From NCBI RefSeq assembly GCF_001194135.2, contig NC_069000.1:45184746-45223162 (forward strand): DNA of 38,417 nucleotides. The letters are read 5' to 3'. Shown in pieces: positions 1 to 12,880 of the stretch. This DNA is from Octopus bimaculoides (lineage: Eukaryota). The notes below the pieces were generated by a model, which did not search any database, was not told the DNA's origin, and saw nothing but the letters and a program-made list of their open reading frames with translations. The position numbers and the translations under genes were made by a program. The number at the start of each line of letters is the position of its first letter. Within the stretch, counting starts at the first letter, position 1.

Positions 1-30
<30 letters not shown>

Positions 31-31
<1 letters not shown>

Positions 32-150
32 CGTGATCACGTGATCGACCAGGCTATCAGATGCTGAAGAAACCGATAGAATAAATACTATACTGAGGCG
101 CATTTGTTCGACTAAGCTCTTTAAGGCGCTACGCCAGTATGGCCGCAGTA
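31..150 (+). mobile_element. Degraded 3' part of SINE family B
   Basis: ccgatagaataaatacta...ttcgactaa...ccagtatggccgcagt resembles the 3' end of the copy at 29730-30134. Confidence 0.5.
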
Positions 151-223
151 AAGGATAAATGTTGTTGTCCCCTAATATCAACTAAAAATGAAATAACTCT
201 CTCTTGATTTTTTTATTTGTCAG

Positions 224-395
224 GTGACTTCAAACGCGCCATGCATCCGTGTTTCTGTCTGTTCCCATCGTATTGGAGGAAATCGAAGATTAAATCTGGA
301 ATTGACAATCCAAACTTTGACATGGAATTCAACGTAGATATCAAAGAAAATGTTGAAAGAGTACCACAAGAATTCGACTCGAAAGTTGGAATTAG
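224..395 (+). CDS. ABCA5: ABCA exon: linker before NBD1 ([18 protein letters not shown]...KVGIR)
   Basis: ttttatttgtcag acceptor, AG|GTAAAT donor, phase 1/2. PSYW motif follows TMD1 in ABCA proteins. Confidence 0.9.
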
Positions 396-1531
396 GTAAA
401 TATGCGATGGTTTGTTAGAGCGGCGGTGGTGTAGGGTGCAGGTTGAAGGGGGGGAGCGTTGTGATGTGGGGCGTTTAAGTATTTTGATCTTGATCAGACT
501 CGTTGTCAGCGTCAGTATCGCCGTCATCATCCACGATAACGGACAGAGTCAACAACTTTTGAAAAGGTTGCAAGACGCAACGAAAATTTTAGTAAAAATA
601 AATAAGTAAACGAGTGGAAATCGAACCGGTGAGTGTGTTAAATAATAAGGCACGAAAAGAGAATGACTCTTCCCAGACACAATAAAACGTAAGATATCTC
701 TTATCAGAATTCTTCAGACAGAAATAATACTCCCGTCTCCTGTTTTTTGTTTTTTTGGTATCATAACTCTGCGGAAAATATTTCCCAGTATTTTCAACTT
801 TTATGCATATCCCGCATAAATATAACATCTGCGTTTGGAATATTGAGATAAGCAGATGTGCTTCAAGGGGACACAGTCTGGATGTTAGCCCTATCTACAT
901 AACCAGTTCTATATCTAAATAAGCAGTTATATGGCCAGACGACAAGTTATTTGTCTGCATAGCCACTTACATATATCTAAGGGATAACCGCCATGTTATG
1001 AACTCAGGTCGATAGCATTAAGGTTTCTTCAACTCCCATTACCTTTAAATTTTTGCTTCCCCTTTATTTCTACAGAATTATGCGCCTTTTCAAGAGTTTC
1101 AAAACTACCAAAGAAACAATAACAGCTGTTGATAGTAAGTTAAATTCTATTTTCATTCTGTTTCAGTTGCGAATGCAAGACACAACTTCCTAGCAAAGAT
1201 GTGACGAAACACAAAATTCATTCTAATCTACTTTATGTTACTTTTCTGACTATTTTTGCTTTTCTTCATCTTTTTTTTTTTAGCTCAAGAGGAGGGAGAT
1301 GTCCTTAGATTTTGGAATATATATATNNNNNNNNNNNNNNNNNNNNNNNNNNNNNNNNNNNNNNNNNNNNNNNNNNNNNNNNNNNNNNNNNNNNNNNNNN
1401 NNNNNNNNNNNNNNNNNNNNNNNNNNNNNNNNNNNNNNNNNNNNNNNNNNNNNNNNNNNNNNNNNNNNNNNNNNNNNNNNNNNNNNNNNNNNNNNNNNNN
1501 NNNNNNNNNNNNNNNNNNNNNNNNNNNNNNN

Positions 1532-1572
<41 letters not shown>

Positions 1573-1577
1573 GAGAG

Positions 1578-1648
<71 letters not shown>

Positions 1649-3112
1649 GAAAGATTGGAAGAAATATAGATAATTAGACAGATGGAACTACAGATGGATA
1701 TATATAAATATTGATGAATGGAAAGATAGATAAATACATTGCTTACTAGAAACGTAAATGAGTCGGTAAATAAATAAGTAGATAAGCTTATTAAATGGAT
1801 TGATAGGTATGTACATAGATAGATATGAATAGATAGATAACTAAATAGAAATGGATAGAGATAGATGTATGTATAGATAGATGGATACATAGTAGGTTCA
1901 TATATTCATATATAGATAGATAAATTTACATAAATTTGTTGCTAGGTTGGTAGGTAGATAAATAGACAATGAGCTACATAGACAAGTAACTCCCTAAATA
2001 GTTAGGTAAATGAATAGGTAGATTAGGTTAAGTAGATTAAATGAATGGAGAGGTATATACATGGATGGATATTGGTGGGAAGATAGATAGATAGATAAAT
2101 TCATATATAGACAGGTAAATTTGCATTAATTTGTCGTTAGGTTGGTAGGTAGATAAATCGATAAGGAGCTACAGAGACAAGCAACTCGCCATGGACCCGA
2201 AATGGTACTTGACATTTTCCTAGTATTTTTACACCAAACGTAATTTCTCCTCTACTATGCCCTAAATAAATGCCTTCTTTTTGCTCCCTATATTTCAGAC
2301 ATCAGTTTGAATCTGTACGAAGACGAGATCACATGTTTGTTAGGTCACAATGGCGCTGGCAAAACGACCCTCATAAATATGTTAGCAGGTTTTCTGAAAC
2401 CTGATTCTGGTCATGCCATGATATATGGATATGTAAGTTCACCGAATAATACAATATCATTGCAATCGCTGCTGCTGTTGATTTGTTGTTATGACAATTG
2501 TTACTGTTATTGAGGTTGCTGTTACTGTTTTTGCTATTGCTAATGTTGTTCTTGTCGTAATTGACGGCCAGGTGGCTGAATCGTTAGCACACCTGGCGAA
2601 GTGCTTAGTGGCATTTCGCCCGACTTTGCGTTCTGAGATCTAATTCCGCCGAGGTCGACTTTGCCTTTCGTCCTTTAGGATTCGATAAAATAAGTACCAG
2701 TTGAGTGCTGGGGTCGATGTAATCAACTAGCCCCTCCCCCAAAATTTCAGGCTTAGTAGAAAGGCTTCTTGTTGTTCTTGTTAAGACGGCATACAATCTC
2801 TCAGAGTTCGCCTCTTCTCTGCACACTATTTTAACGCCAAAAGTTACGAGTATATCTTTGCTAACGTCTTAAGTTTTTTAACACACCTTTTACAATATGC
2901 ATAAGAAGTAAATCGCTTGTCTTTTTATCTCCCAATCTGGTTCCAAATTAGGCGTGGAGAGTCAATTTTTCAAATTTGAGCGTTTTAAGAATACTGTTCG
3001 TTCCTAGCTAATTTGCCGCAAATGTAACAAAACCTGTTTGAATTATTTTTAGATTTTCTGTTTATGGCAATTAACAGCTGTTATATAATTAAGAAATTTA
3101 AAATAGAAATCC

Positions 3113-3191
<79 letters not shown>

Positions 3192-3235
3192 ACCAGATTG
3201 TTAGATAATGTATATGAAGACTCTCTCACAGATAT

Positions 3236-3299
<64 letters not shown>

Positions 3300-3660
3300 A
3301 ACGGTACACCTTCACTCATTACACTGTGGGTGGGAACACGGGTAACGCAAAAGCGAAAACATGGCGGCATCATGAGAAAATGCCGTCAGCAGTCTCTCTT
3401 TTCAGATTTTATTAATTTAAGTCACTAATTAATATGTACAACTTCCTTAGAAAATTACTTCGGTAGTAGTTTATAAATAACTCACCAACGTAAAAAAGAA
3501 AAAAGTAGAAGGGGAGACAACCAGAAAAGTTGAAAAATCTAATCTCAATGTGAATATTGTCCATTAGAAATATATCGAAGGGGGTGGGAGAATTGAACCC
3601 CAAGTCAACTGTTTACTACAACAGTAACAACAACAGTAGTCATAGCCGCCGCTGCTGCTG

Positions 3661-3704
<44 letters not shown>

Positions 3705-5255
3705 GTTTCTTCTCTTGTTTTTTGTGACAGGATGTTGCTAATGCTGACAACCTTGACCAACTTAAAACAATGATCGGATTGTGTCCCCAGGAAAACATAA
3801 TCCACGATCATCTGACATGTAAAGAAAACCTAAGAACCTTTGCTGCATTGAAAGGGTTTTCAGCAGCAGAAATCGAAGATGAGGTAAGCTTGAAATAAAA
3901 TAAAATAAAATAAAATAAAATGAATATATAAATTATAAACAAATATGATATATGCCACAGAACCACCGAAAACTAGACACCAATGGTTATGTATTGTCTA
4001 AGCCTAATTAAGTTACCTTTGAAGGAAACCAAACAATACCAAAGTAAGCGAACCCCACAAACTATGAACCCACAAACATTTTCCACTCTACAAGTACGAA
4101 GGGCAACGCAGAATAACGAGATTAAGATCGAATAAATCCACAATCGAACATATGTGCATTATCATCATCAGCTGCTCAATCGGATATCAACGTGGTTTTG
4201 GCACCTGGACAGTACTATTTAATTCAGTGGTGTCAACAGCGTTAGAAATATAAACGCTGCCTGGGAATCATCCAGCTTATTACTACAAGTAAAAACATAA
4301 GAGCAAGCCAATAGTGATAACCTCTAGCTCCATATTAGCGTTTGTATTGGTTCAGCAACGTGAAATTATGATCGGAAGAATGCAGAAAATATTAGCTTGG
4401 CTCTTACGCAAGGATAACTCGGAAATTCATGGAACGTTCTGTATTTTCCACTAGGAGTGCGCCAGTATGTCCGTAGCTGCATGACTGGAAGGCATAAGAG
4501 AATAAAAGAATGAAAGAATATGGCTGTACGAAACTCAACCCGCCCACCTCTATAGAACTACTCGTTTTAGTTGCTCCATCTGCTTAGGAGGGCAATCACA
4601 TCTACTCGAAATCGCACACTGATATCTGAAAAAGAGACCACCACCAAACCCTGTCCAATACCACAAGTACCACCACCACCACCACCACCACCACCACCAC
4701 CACCACCACCACCACCATTACCACTACCACATCCCCAACATCAATACAATTTTCACTTCCAGCACCACCACCACCACAACCTCCATCAACAACACCTGTA
4801 GAACCTTCTACGATTAATATAAATGTTTTCTCTACTTCAAGGTTGATTCACTGCTGAAAGATTTGAATCTTACGGAAAAAGCCGACGTGTTTTCAAAGAA
4901 TCTCAGTGGAGGACAAAAGCGTAAGCTTTCTGTTGGAATGGCTTTCATCGGAAGACCAAAGGTTAGTATATACATGCACGCACAACCATTGATATACATG
5001 GATATAGAGAAATAGAGTGAGAAACACTTATACTTCACCTCATTTGTTACTTGTAGATGAATTTAAATCTATAAATTGTTTAAGGTCTTTTCATTCACTT
5101 GATAAGCTGCCGCAAGCGAAACATCTGACTGATTGTCACGAATCATTTCATTTATCAATAAGTTTATTGTCGGCGTTTAACACCGTCATAAGTTCTTTAT
5201 TTGAGAGTGGTTTCTGGTTAATGACTAGATCTTTAATATACAACAGCACAATTTA

Positions 5256-5293
<38 letters not shown>

Positions 5294-6682
5294 TAGATAG
5301 ATAGATATGCGCGCGCACGTGTGTGCTTAGCCGGCATTCCCACTGCAGCTTGGGATATGATTTTCTTCTTTCTCAATGATCCGTTAAATTATGGAATTTC
5401 AAATTTGTTGTTTATCATTTCAGATAATATTTCTTGATGAACCTACAGCTGGAGTTGATCCCTTGTCCCGAAGGAACATGTGGGAACTATTGAAGAAATA
5501 CAAGAAAAACCACTGCATTCTATTGACCACTCACTTTATGGACGAAGCTGATATCCTTTCAGGTAAGTTTAATTTATGAGTTATGATTTTTAAACAATTT
5601 TATTCCTGTTCATCTGAACTAGAAATGGGTGTAACATCTCCTGTCAGTGCTGCTCAAATATATATATTTACTTTTCGTTTCACAATGAAATCAGTTGCTC
5701 ATCTTCTACCCTAGAACAACAACACCTACTGGAATAATGTTGAAGCCTAATTTTCATTTATTTAGCCTATCACTCGCTGTTTTCCTAAGCCATTTTGTAT
5801 GAGATTAGGTGCTTTTTTCACTTGCATTAAGATAAATTCGACAGGTGACTCAGAACACGTACAGAAAGATCTGGGGCAATGAAGCCTAGGCTTGTGTCCA
5901 AGTAACATTCTACCGACCCCTACTAATCACATCTTTTTTGCCAGAAACATTCAAATGCTTTCTCTGTATTCTTTACAATAAAATATAACAGTAAAAGAAA
6001 ACAATAATTCTTGGAGTCCTTGCAGTACAGCAAGAATTCAAACAATAACGGATGTATATTATTCGCATGCGTTCAGGTATATTCGATCGCGAATATGCTT
6101 ATCAATGTTGTATTTCATCATCGGAGAACATTTAAACCCGTTTGACATGATATGTGTTCATGATACACGTAACTCATTGACGTTAAGGGGACTTGGAAAC
6201 GCTTTGGTGTTTCGACCTTATTTTGCGTCTCCTTAGTCAAAACTACCCCCAGATTAATAAACTAACAAGCGTATTGCCTCTTGTAGACATCAGTATCCAA
6301 ATTATTGTGTGATGCGTGCTGTTATTTGCCAAACGAATAATAATTCTTGAAGTCCTTGCAGAACAGCAAAAATCCAAACAATAACGTATTTATTCATTCT
6401 CATACATTTTCGCAGATTCGAATAATAAATCATAAATTAAGAAACGATCTAATTAAAAAGAATATTGTAAACCTTCTGATCACATCTTTATAATTAATTT
6501 GTTGCTTAAATCTTAACATATCTTAAACTCTCTGCGTTCTTCCTCTCTCTCGTTCTCTCCAGATCGAAAAGCCATCATCAGCAAGGGGAAGCTCCAGTGT
6601 TATGGTTCGTCTCTATTCCTGAAATATAACTATGGAATAGGATACCATTTGAAGTAAGATACAATCTTGTTTGCTTTTGTTT

Positions 6683-6737
<55 letters not shown>

Positions 6738-9700
6738 NNNNNNNNNNNNNNNNNNNNNNNNNNNNNNNNNNNNNNNNNNNNNNNNNNNNNNNNNNNNNNN
6801 NNNNNNNNNNNNNNNNNNNNNNNNNNNNNNNNNNNNNNNNNNNNNNNNNNNNNNNNNNNNNNNNNNNNNNNNNNNNNNNNNNNNNNNNNNNNNNNNNNNN
6901 NNNNNNNNNNNNNNNNNNNNNNNNNNNNNNNNNNNNNNNNNNNNNNNNNNNNNNNNNNNNNNNNNNNNNNNNNNNNNNNNNNNNNNNNNNNNNNNNNNNN
7001 NNNNNNNNNNNNNNNNNNNNNNNNNNNNNNNNNNNNNNNNNNNNNNNNNNNNNNNNNNNNNNNNNNNNNNNNNNNNNNNNNNNNNNNNNNNNNNNNNNNN
7101 NNNNNNNNNNNNNNNNNNNNNNNNNNNNNNNNNNNNNNNNNNNNNNNNNNNNNNNNNNNNNNNNNNNNNNNNNNNNNNNNNNNNNNNNNNNNNNNNNNNN
7201 NNNNNNNNNNNNNNNNNNNNNNNNNNNNNNNNNNNNNNNNNNNNNNNNNNNNNNNNNNNNNNNNNNNNNNNNNNNNNNNNNNNNNNNNNNNNNNNNNNNN
7301 NNNNNNNNNNNNNNNNNNNNNNNNNNNNNNNNNNNNNNNNNNNNNNNNNNNNNNNNNNNNNNNNNNNNNNNNNNNNNNNNNNNNNNNNNNNNNNNNNNNN
7401 NNNNNNNNNNNNNNNNNNNNNNNNNNNNNNNNNNNNNNNNNATTCTGACATAAAAAAAAAAATACTATTCCTAACAATATTTCATTATAAAACTATTGGG
7501 TTGGTGCATAATTACTGCGGCTTTTTTTTTTTTTCAACAAATTTTATTCAACAAAAACAATGACAATATTTAAGAAAAAACATCTTTAAATGACAGTCTG
7601 ACCGTCTGCCAAGCAAATAGGAAGCAGTAATTGAAGTAGATGGTGAATATGCTCCGGAATAATCGTTTAAAGATGTTTTTGTTACATGTTGTTATTTGCT
7701 TTTTGTTGAATAAAATTTATTGAAAAAAAAAAAAGCCGCAATAATTATGCACCAACCCAATATAAGAGAGTTTTTTTTTAACATCGGGTGGCTATAAGAA
7801 TCCACCTGAATAAAATAAAAATCAAAGGGGTCCATCAATATGGGGCCCACTGAGGGGACCATCGAATCTTGTACCTACAGACCCCCTCGTTCGCTATCCC
7901 TCATAAGTCGGTTTATCCTCCCTCGTCGATTCTCTCTTCAGTGGCTCTGATCCTTTTCGTTGTGTCTAATGTCTAATAAGTTGAATGGCGGCAATGTTAT
8001 ATGAGAGTTGTTGTGGTTGTTGACGTGATGTGGTGGGGGTTGTAGTGCAGAGGTGGTGTTGGGGGCTGTTGTGGTGTGGTGTTGATTGTATTGGTTGTAG
8101 TGGAGATTGTAGGTTTATCGTAGTAGATAAAATTGAATTTTGGTTACTGAGAACTACGTTAAGGGTACACGTGTCTGAGGAGTATTCAGCCACTTGTACG
8201 TTAATTTCACGAACAGGCTGTTCCTTTGATCGGATCAACTGGAACCTTCGTCGTCGTAACCGACGGAGTGCCAGTTACTGTAGTCGTGAATAAGTTTGGT
8301 TTTCTCAGTCAATTTTACCCCTTATTCAGAATATAAATTAATATAATTAAATAGGACAAAGCATTCATCTCACGACATCAATGTTTACATCTTCCCCGCA
8401 CCCTGAGGACAAAATAAATAGCATTTTAATGATTCTATTTTCAGATATACTACGATCTCTAGAAGAAAAAGAAAACGGCGTCACGAAAGCCGAAAATCTC
8501 GGCATCAAAAGCTATGGCGTTTCTATGACAACACTTGAAGATGTTTTCTTCCAAATTGGTAAATGACATTTATTCATGTTTTATTCACTGGGCGAAATGC
8601 TAAGCGGTATTTCGTCTGCCGTTACGTTCTGAGTTCAAATTCTGCTGAGGTCAACTTTGCTTTTCATCCTTTCGGGGTTGATAAATTAAGTACAAGTTGC
8701 GTACTGAGGTCGATCNNNNNNNNNNNNNNNNNNNNNNNNNNNNNNNNNNNNNNNNNNNNNNNNNNNNNNNNNNNNNNNNNNNNNNNNNNNNNNNNNNNNN
8801 NNNNNNNNNNNNNNNNNNNNNNNNNNNNNNNNNNNNNNNNNNNNNNNNNNNNNNNNNNNNNNNNNNNNNNNNNNNNNNNNNNNNNNNNNNNNNNNNNNNN
8901 NNNNNNNNNNNNNNNNNNNNNNNNNNNNNNNNNNNNNNNNNNNNNNNNNNNNNNNNNNNNNNNNNNNNNNNNNNNNNNNNNNNNNNNNNNNNNNNNNNNN
9001 NNNNNNNNNNNNNNNNNNNNNNNNNNNNNNNNNNNNNNNNNNNNNNNNNNNNNNNNNNNNNNNNNNNNNNNNNNNNNNNNNNNNNNNNNNNNNNNNNNNN
9101 NNNNNNNNNNNNNNNNNNNNNNNNNNNNNNNNNNNNNNNNNNNNNNNNNNNNNNNNNNNNNNNNNNNNNNNNNNNNNNNNNNNNNNNNNNNNNNNNNNNN
9201 NNNNNNNNNNNNNNNNNNNNNNNNNNNNNNNNNNNNNNNNNNNNNNNNNNNNNNNNNNNNNTATATATATATATATATATATCATTGCAACACATTGGTC
9301 AGCCCGGGGTTATAAAAGAAGACGCTTGCACAAGGTGCCGCGTTGTGGAACTGATCGCAAAACCATCGGGTTGCAAAATGAACTTCTTAACCACTCAGCT
9401 ACACCTGTTTAATGTTTGTATTTCTATGTTTTTGTAGGTCAAGAAGAGACAGTAAAAGAAAGTAGTGAAGAGCCGGATGACAGCAACGAGCTTGCACCTA
9501 TGGCCAATGCGGCATCTGTGCCTCATGTGAATTACGTGAAAAATGCTAATTTTCAAAGATATACCGGTCTTTTGAAAGTGTTTTTTTTTAATCATGTAAG
9601 ACATCCACTGTTTGTAGTATTTGGAATGTTGTTACCAAACCTCCTTGTTCTTGTAAGTATTCTGCTCAACAAATATATGGATTCCAGCGATAACGAAAAC

Positions 9701-10568
9701 AAGCCCGTCCAACTCGACATCACATCTTTGCTTTATGACTACGCCGGCTTAGCGCAATCATCGACAAAACCGCAATTTTTAATTTACAATACAACGACTG
9801 GTAAGTGCTTATTTGTTGCTGTTTTTCCTATTATGTTATGCATTTGCGAACAATTACATCGTTAATTTAAAGGCTTTTTGTATTCAAAAAGCCATTTCCG
9901 TTCCTAGATTTGGGTCAGTGTGGCTGCTACGCACATAGAAATCCTCGCCCGACTGATTGTCATTCAATCATTAACAGACACACTCCAGTCTCTGGCCTTC
10001 AGACATGCTGTCTGTCTCTTATTTTTTCCTATCGCTACTATAATGGCCTCTCTGCTTCAGAATTGGTAGACCTCGATACATCAGGCAACGCCGATCCGCT
10101 CGTCCTTCTAACCATCTCTCGTCACCCATGTGTCTGTCCAACCGCCAGCTAACACCTTCATTCCCGGTGCTTCACCCCACCTACCAGACCATTCGATCTC
10201 TCGATTATTAAAGAAAAAAAAACCATTAGCTCACACCATTTACAAATAGGAGAATACCAAAAGGAAGTGCATTCTGTCTTTGAGAACCTTTAGCAAACTA
10301 TTCTTATGAAGTCTATGGAAACTTGTTCCAAACTCTGTTAGTTGAACTAAAAATCTTCTGTCCATAGAATGTACGTTTACCATTGGGTGTTCAGAATCCT
10401 TGAATAAGTATGAAAGAATTGACCTCATCTCTCTCTCTCACTGTCTGTCTGTCTGTCAGTCTGTCTGTCTGTCTGTCAGTCTGTCTGTCTGTCTGTCAGT
10501 CTGTCTGTCAATCTAGCTACCTATATGGCTGTCTGTATGACTCTGTCTGTCTATCTATCTATCTATCC

Positions 10569-10637
<69 letters not shown>

Positions 10638-10710
10638 CACCTCTCTATTCCACATGCCCAATCCCAAAGTGATTTAAAATAGTATGATTAATCCAAAAAT
10701 AAAGCATTTT

Positions 10711-10743
<33 letters not shown>

Positions 10744-10967
10744 TCATCACCAACAACGCTATGTTATGTAACATGTAATGTCTTCCATTATTGTTCTTCT
10801 GTCCCACAGCTGATGCAGACATAAACAATGTGACCGAACACATCGGTCACGTGGTCTCCATCAACCGAACTAACGTTGATCTTCTTACAGTGGCCCCTCA
10901 CTATATCGGAAGCAATTTCCATTGGGTTTCAAATCAAACGGTAAGGACTTGTTTCATTTATTTACTT

Positions 10968-10999
<32 letters not shown>

Positions 11000-11095
11000 T
11001 GTATGTATGTATGTATGTATGTATGTATGCATGTATGTATGTGTGCATGCATGCATGCGTGTATATATTTACACACACACACACACGCACGCACG

Positions 11096-11134
<39 letters not shown>

Positions 11135-12838
11135 ATATGTATGTATATATATACACATATATATATTTGTTTGCTGAGCACAGTACATATTTTTATACGC
11201 TACTAATAGTTTCATGCAACGAAGACAACATAAGCACCATTTCATAACACGTCTGGTGTCTTCTTGCAATCTTCNNNNNNNNNNNNNNNNNNNNNNNNNN
11301 NNNNNNNNNNNNNNNNNNNNNNNNNNNNNNNNNNNNNNNNNNNNNNNNNNNNNNNNNNNNNNNNNNNNNNNNNNNNNNNNNNNNNNNNNNNNNNNNNNNN
11401 NNNNNNNNNNNNNNNNNNNNNNNNNNNNNNNNNNNNNNNATATATATATATATAAAAGTTAAACCGACGATATGATTACTGAACACACGAGAAAAGGGGA
11501 GAAAGTAGACATCAAATGTTGAAGAGTAAAGCACTGAGAAACGAATGGCAAAGGAAAAACAGGAAAAAGAAAAAAAAAAGGAGGGGGATTAGAGTTATGT
11601 CTCTTTTGATCGTAAAGCCATAATAAAACTGAACGGAGAGGAGTCTAGAGTCTGCGGTATAACCGTTCAATCTGAAGAGATTGGTATTTTCCAATTTGCC
11701 AACAGGAACTTATCCATATGTGTACATCGAATATGTTTCTGTATCTGTGATTTACTGGAATCACATGTTAATGGATCAGATAAAATGCTGCTTGTGTCAT
11801 TTTCACGTTCTCATTGCATGAAATTATTAGTAGCTTATAAAAATACATACAGTGTCTATTAAACAATATTTATGTCTCGATAGATGGAGTAGCTTTTCGT
11901 TGATCCTATCTCCACGAAATAGTATCTGTCTGTCTGTCTCTCTGTCTATATATGTATGTGTGTGTGTGTGTGTGTGCATGAATGTATGTATGGTAAAGAG
12001 TTTCGTTGAAGAGATTTTCCTCACATGGTGCATTGTAGTAAAAAATATATAATAAAAGAACGGAAATGCTCACAATTTAATATTTCGTTAATATATATTT
12101 TATAAGATAGGATATTTAAATAATATACCGGTTTCGCGTTTTGCTTATCATGATTGCGAAATCGATGAAGGTATTGCAATTTCGTTGTGTCTTAAGGCGT
12201 TTTTAGGCTATGTTGTTAGCATGAGAGCTTGTTCGTATATATATACATATATAACCATATTAATCTCAAATTTGTTTTTCCTCCCGTTGCTCTCNNNNNN
12301 NNNNNNNNNNNNNNNNNNNNNNNNNNNNNNNNNNNNNNNNNNNNNNNNNNNNNNNNNNNNNNNNNNNNNNNNNNNNNNNNNNNNNNNNNNNNNNNNNNNN
12401 NNNNNNNNNNNNNNNNNNNNNNNNNNNNNNNNNNNNNNNNNNNNNNNNNNNNNNNNNNNNNNNNNNNNNNNNNNNNNNNNNNNNNNNNNNNNNNNNNNNN
12501 NNNNNNNNNNNNNNNNNNNNNNNNNNNNNNNNNNNNNNNNNNNNNNNNNNNNNNNNNNNNNNNNNNNNNNNNNNNNNNNNNNNNNNNNNNNNNNNNNNNN
12601 NNNNNNNNNNNNNNNNNNNNNNNNNNNNNNNNNNNNNNNNNNNNNNNNNNNNNNNNNNNNNNNNNNNNNNNNNNNNNNNNNNNNNNNNNNNNNNNNNNNN
12701 NNNNNNNNNNNNNNNNNNNNNNNNNNNNNNNNNNNNNNNNNNNNNNNNNNNNNNNNNNNNNNNNNNNNNNNNNNNNCTTCTTCTTCTTCTTCTTCTTCTT
12801 CTTCTTCTTCTTCTTCTTCTTCTTCTTCCCACCACCAC

Positions 12839-12880
<42 letters not shown>

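Noticed and set aside
1167-1215. Second acceptor-like site tttcag at 1161-1166
   Set aside because: Only about 30 nt after the donor at 1135, and the peptide does not fit ABCA; exon 1076-1134 already restores frame.
4095-4400. TACGAAGGG start resembling a mariner TIR
   Set aside because: No matching second TIR and no transposase-like translation on either strand.
7966-8293. Overlapping opposite-strand ORFs, echoed at 19278-19511
   Set aside because: The shared peptide comes from two copies of SINE family C, not a gene duplication.
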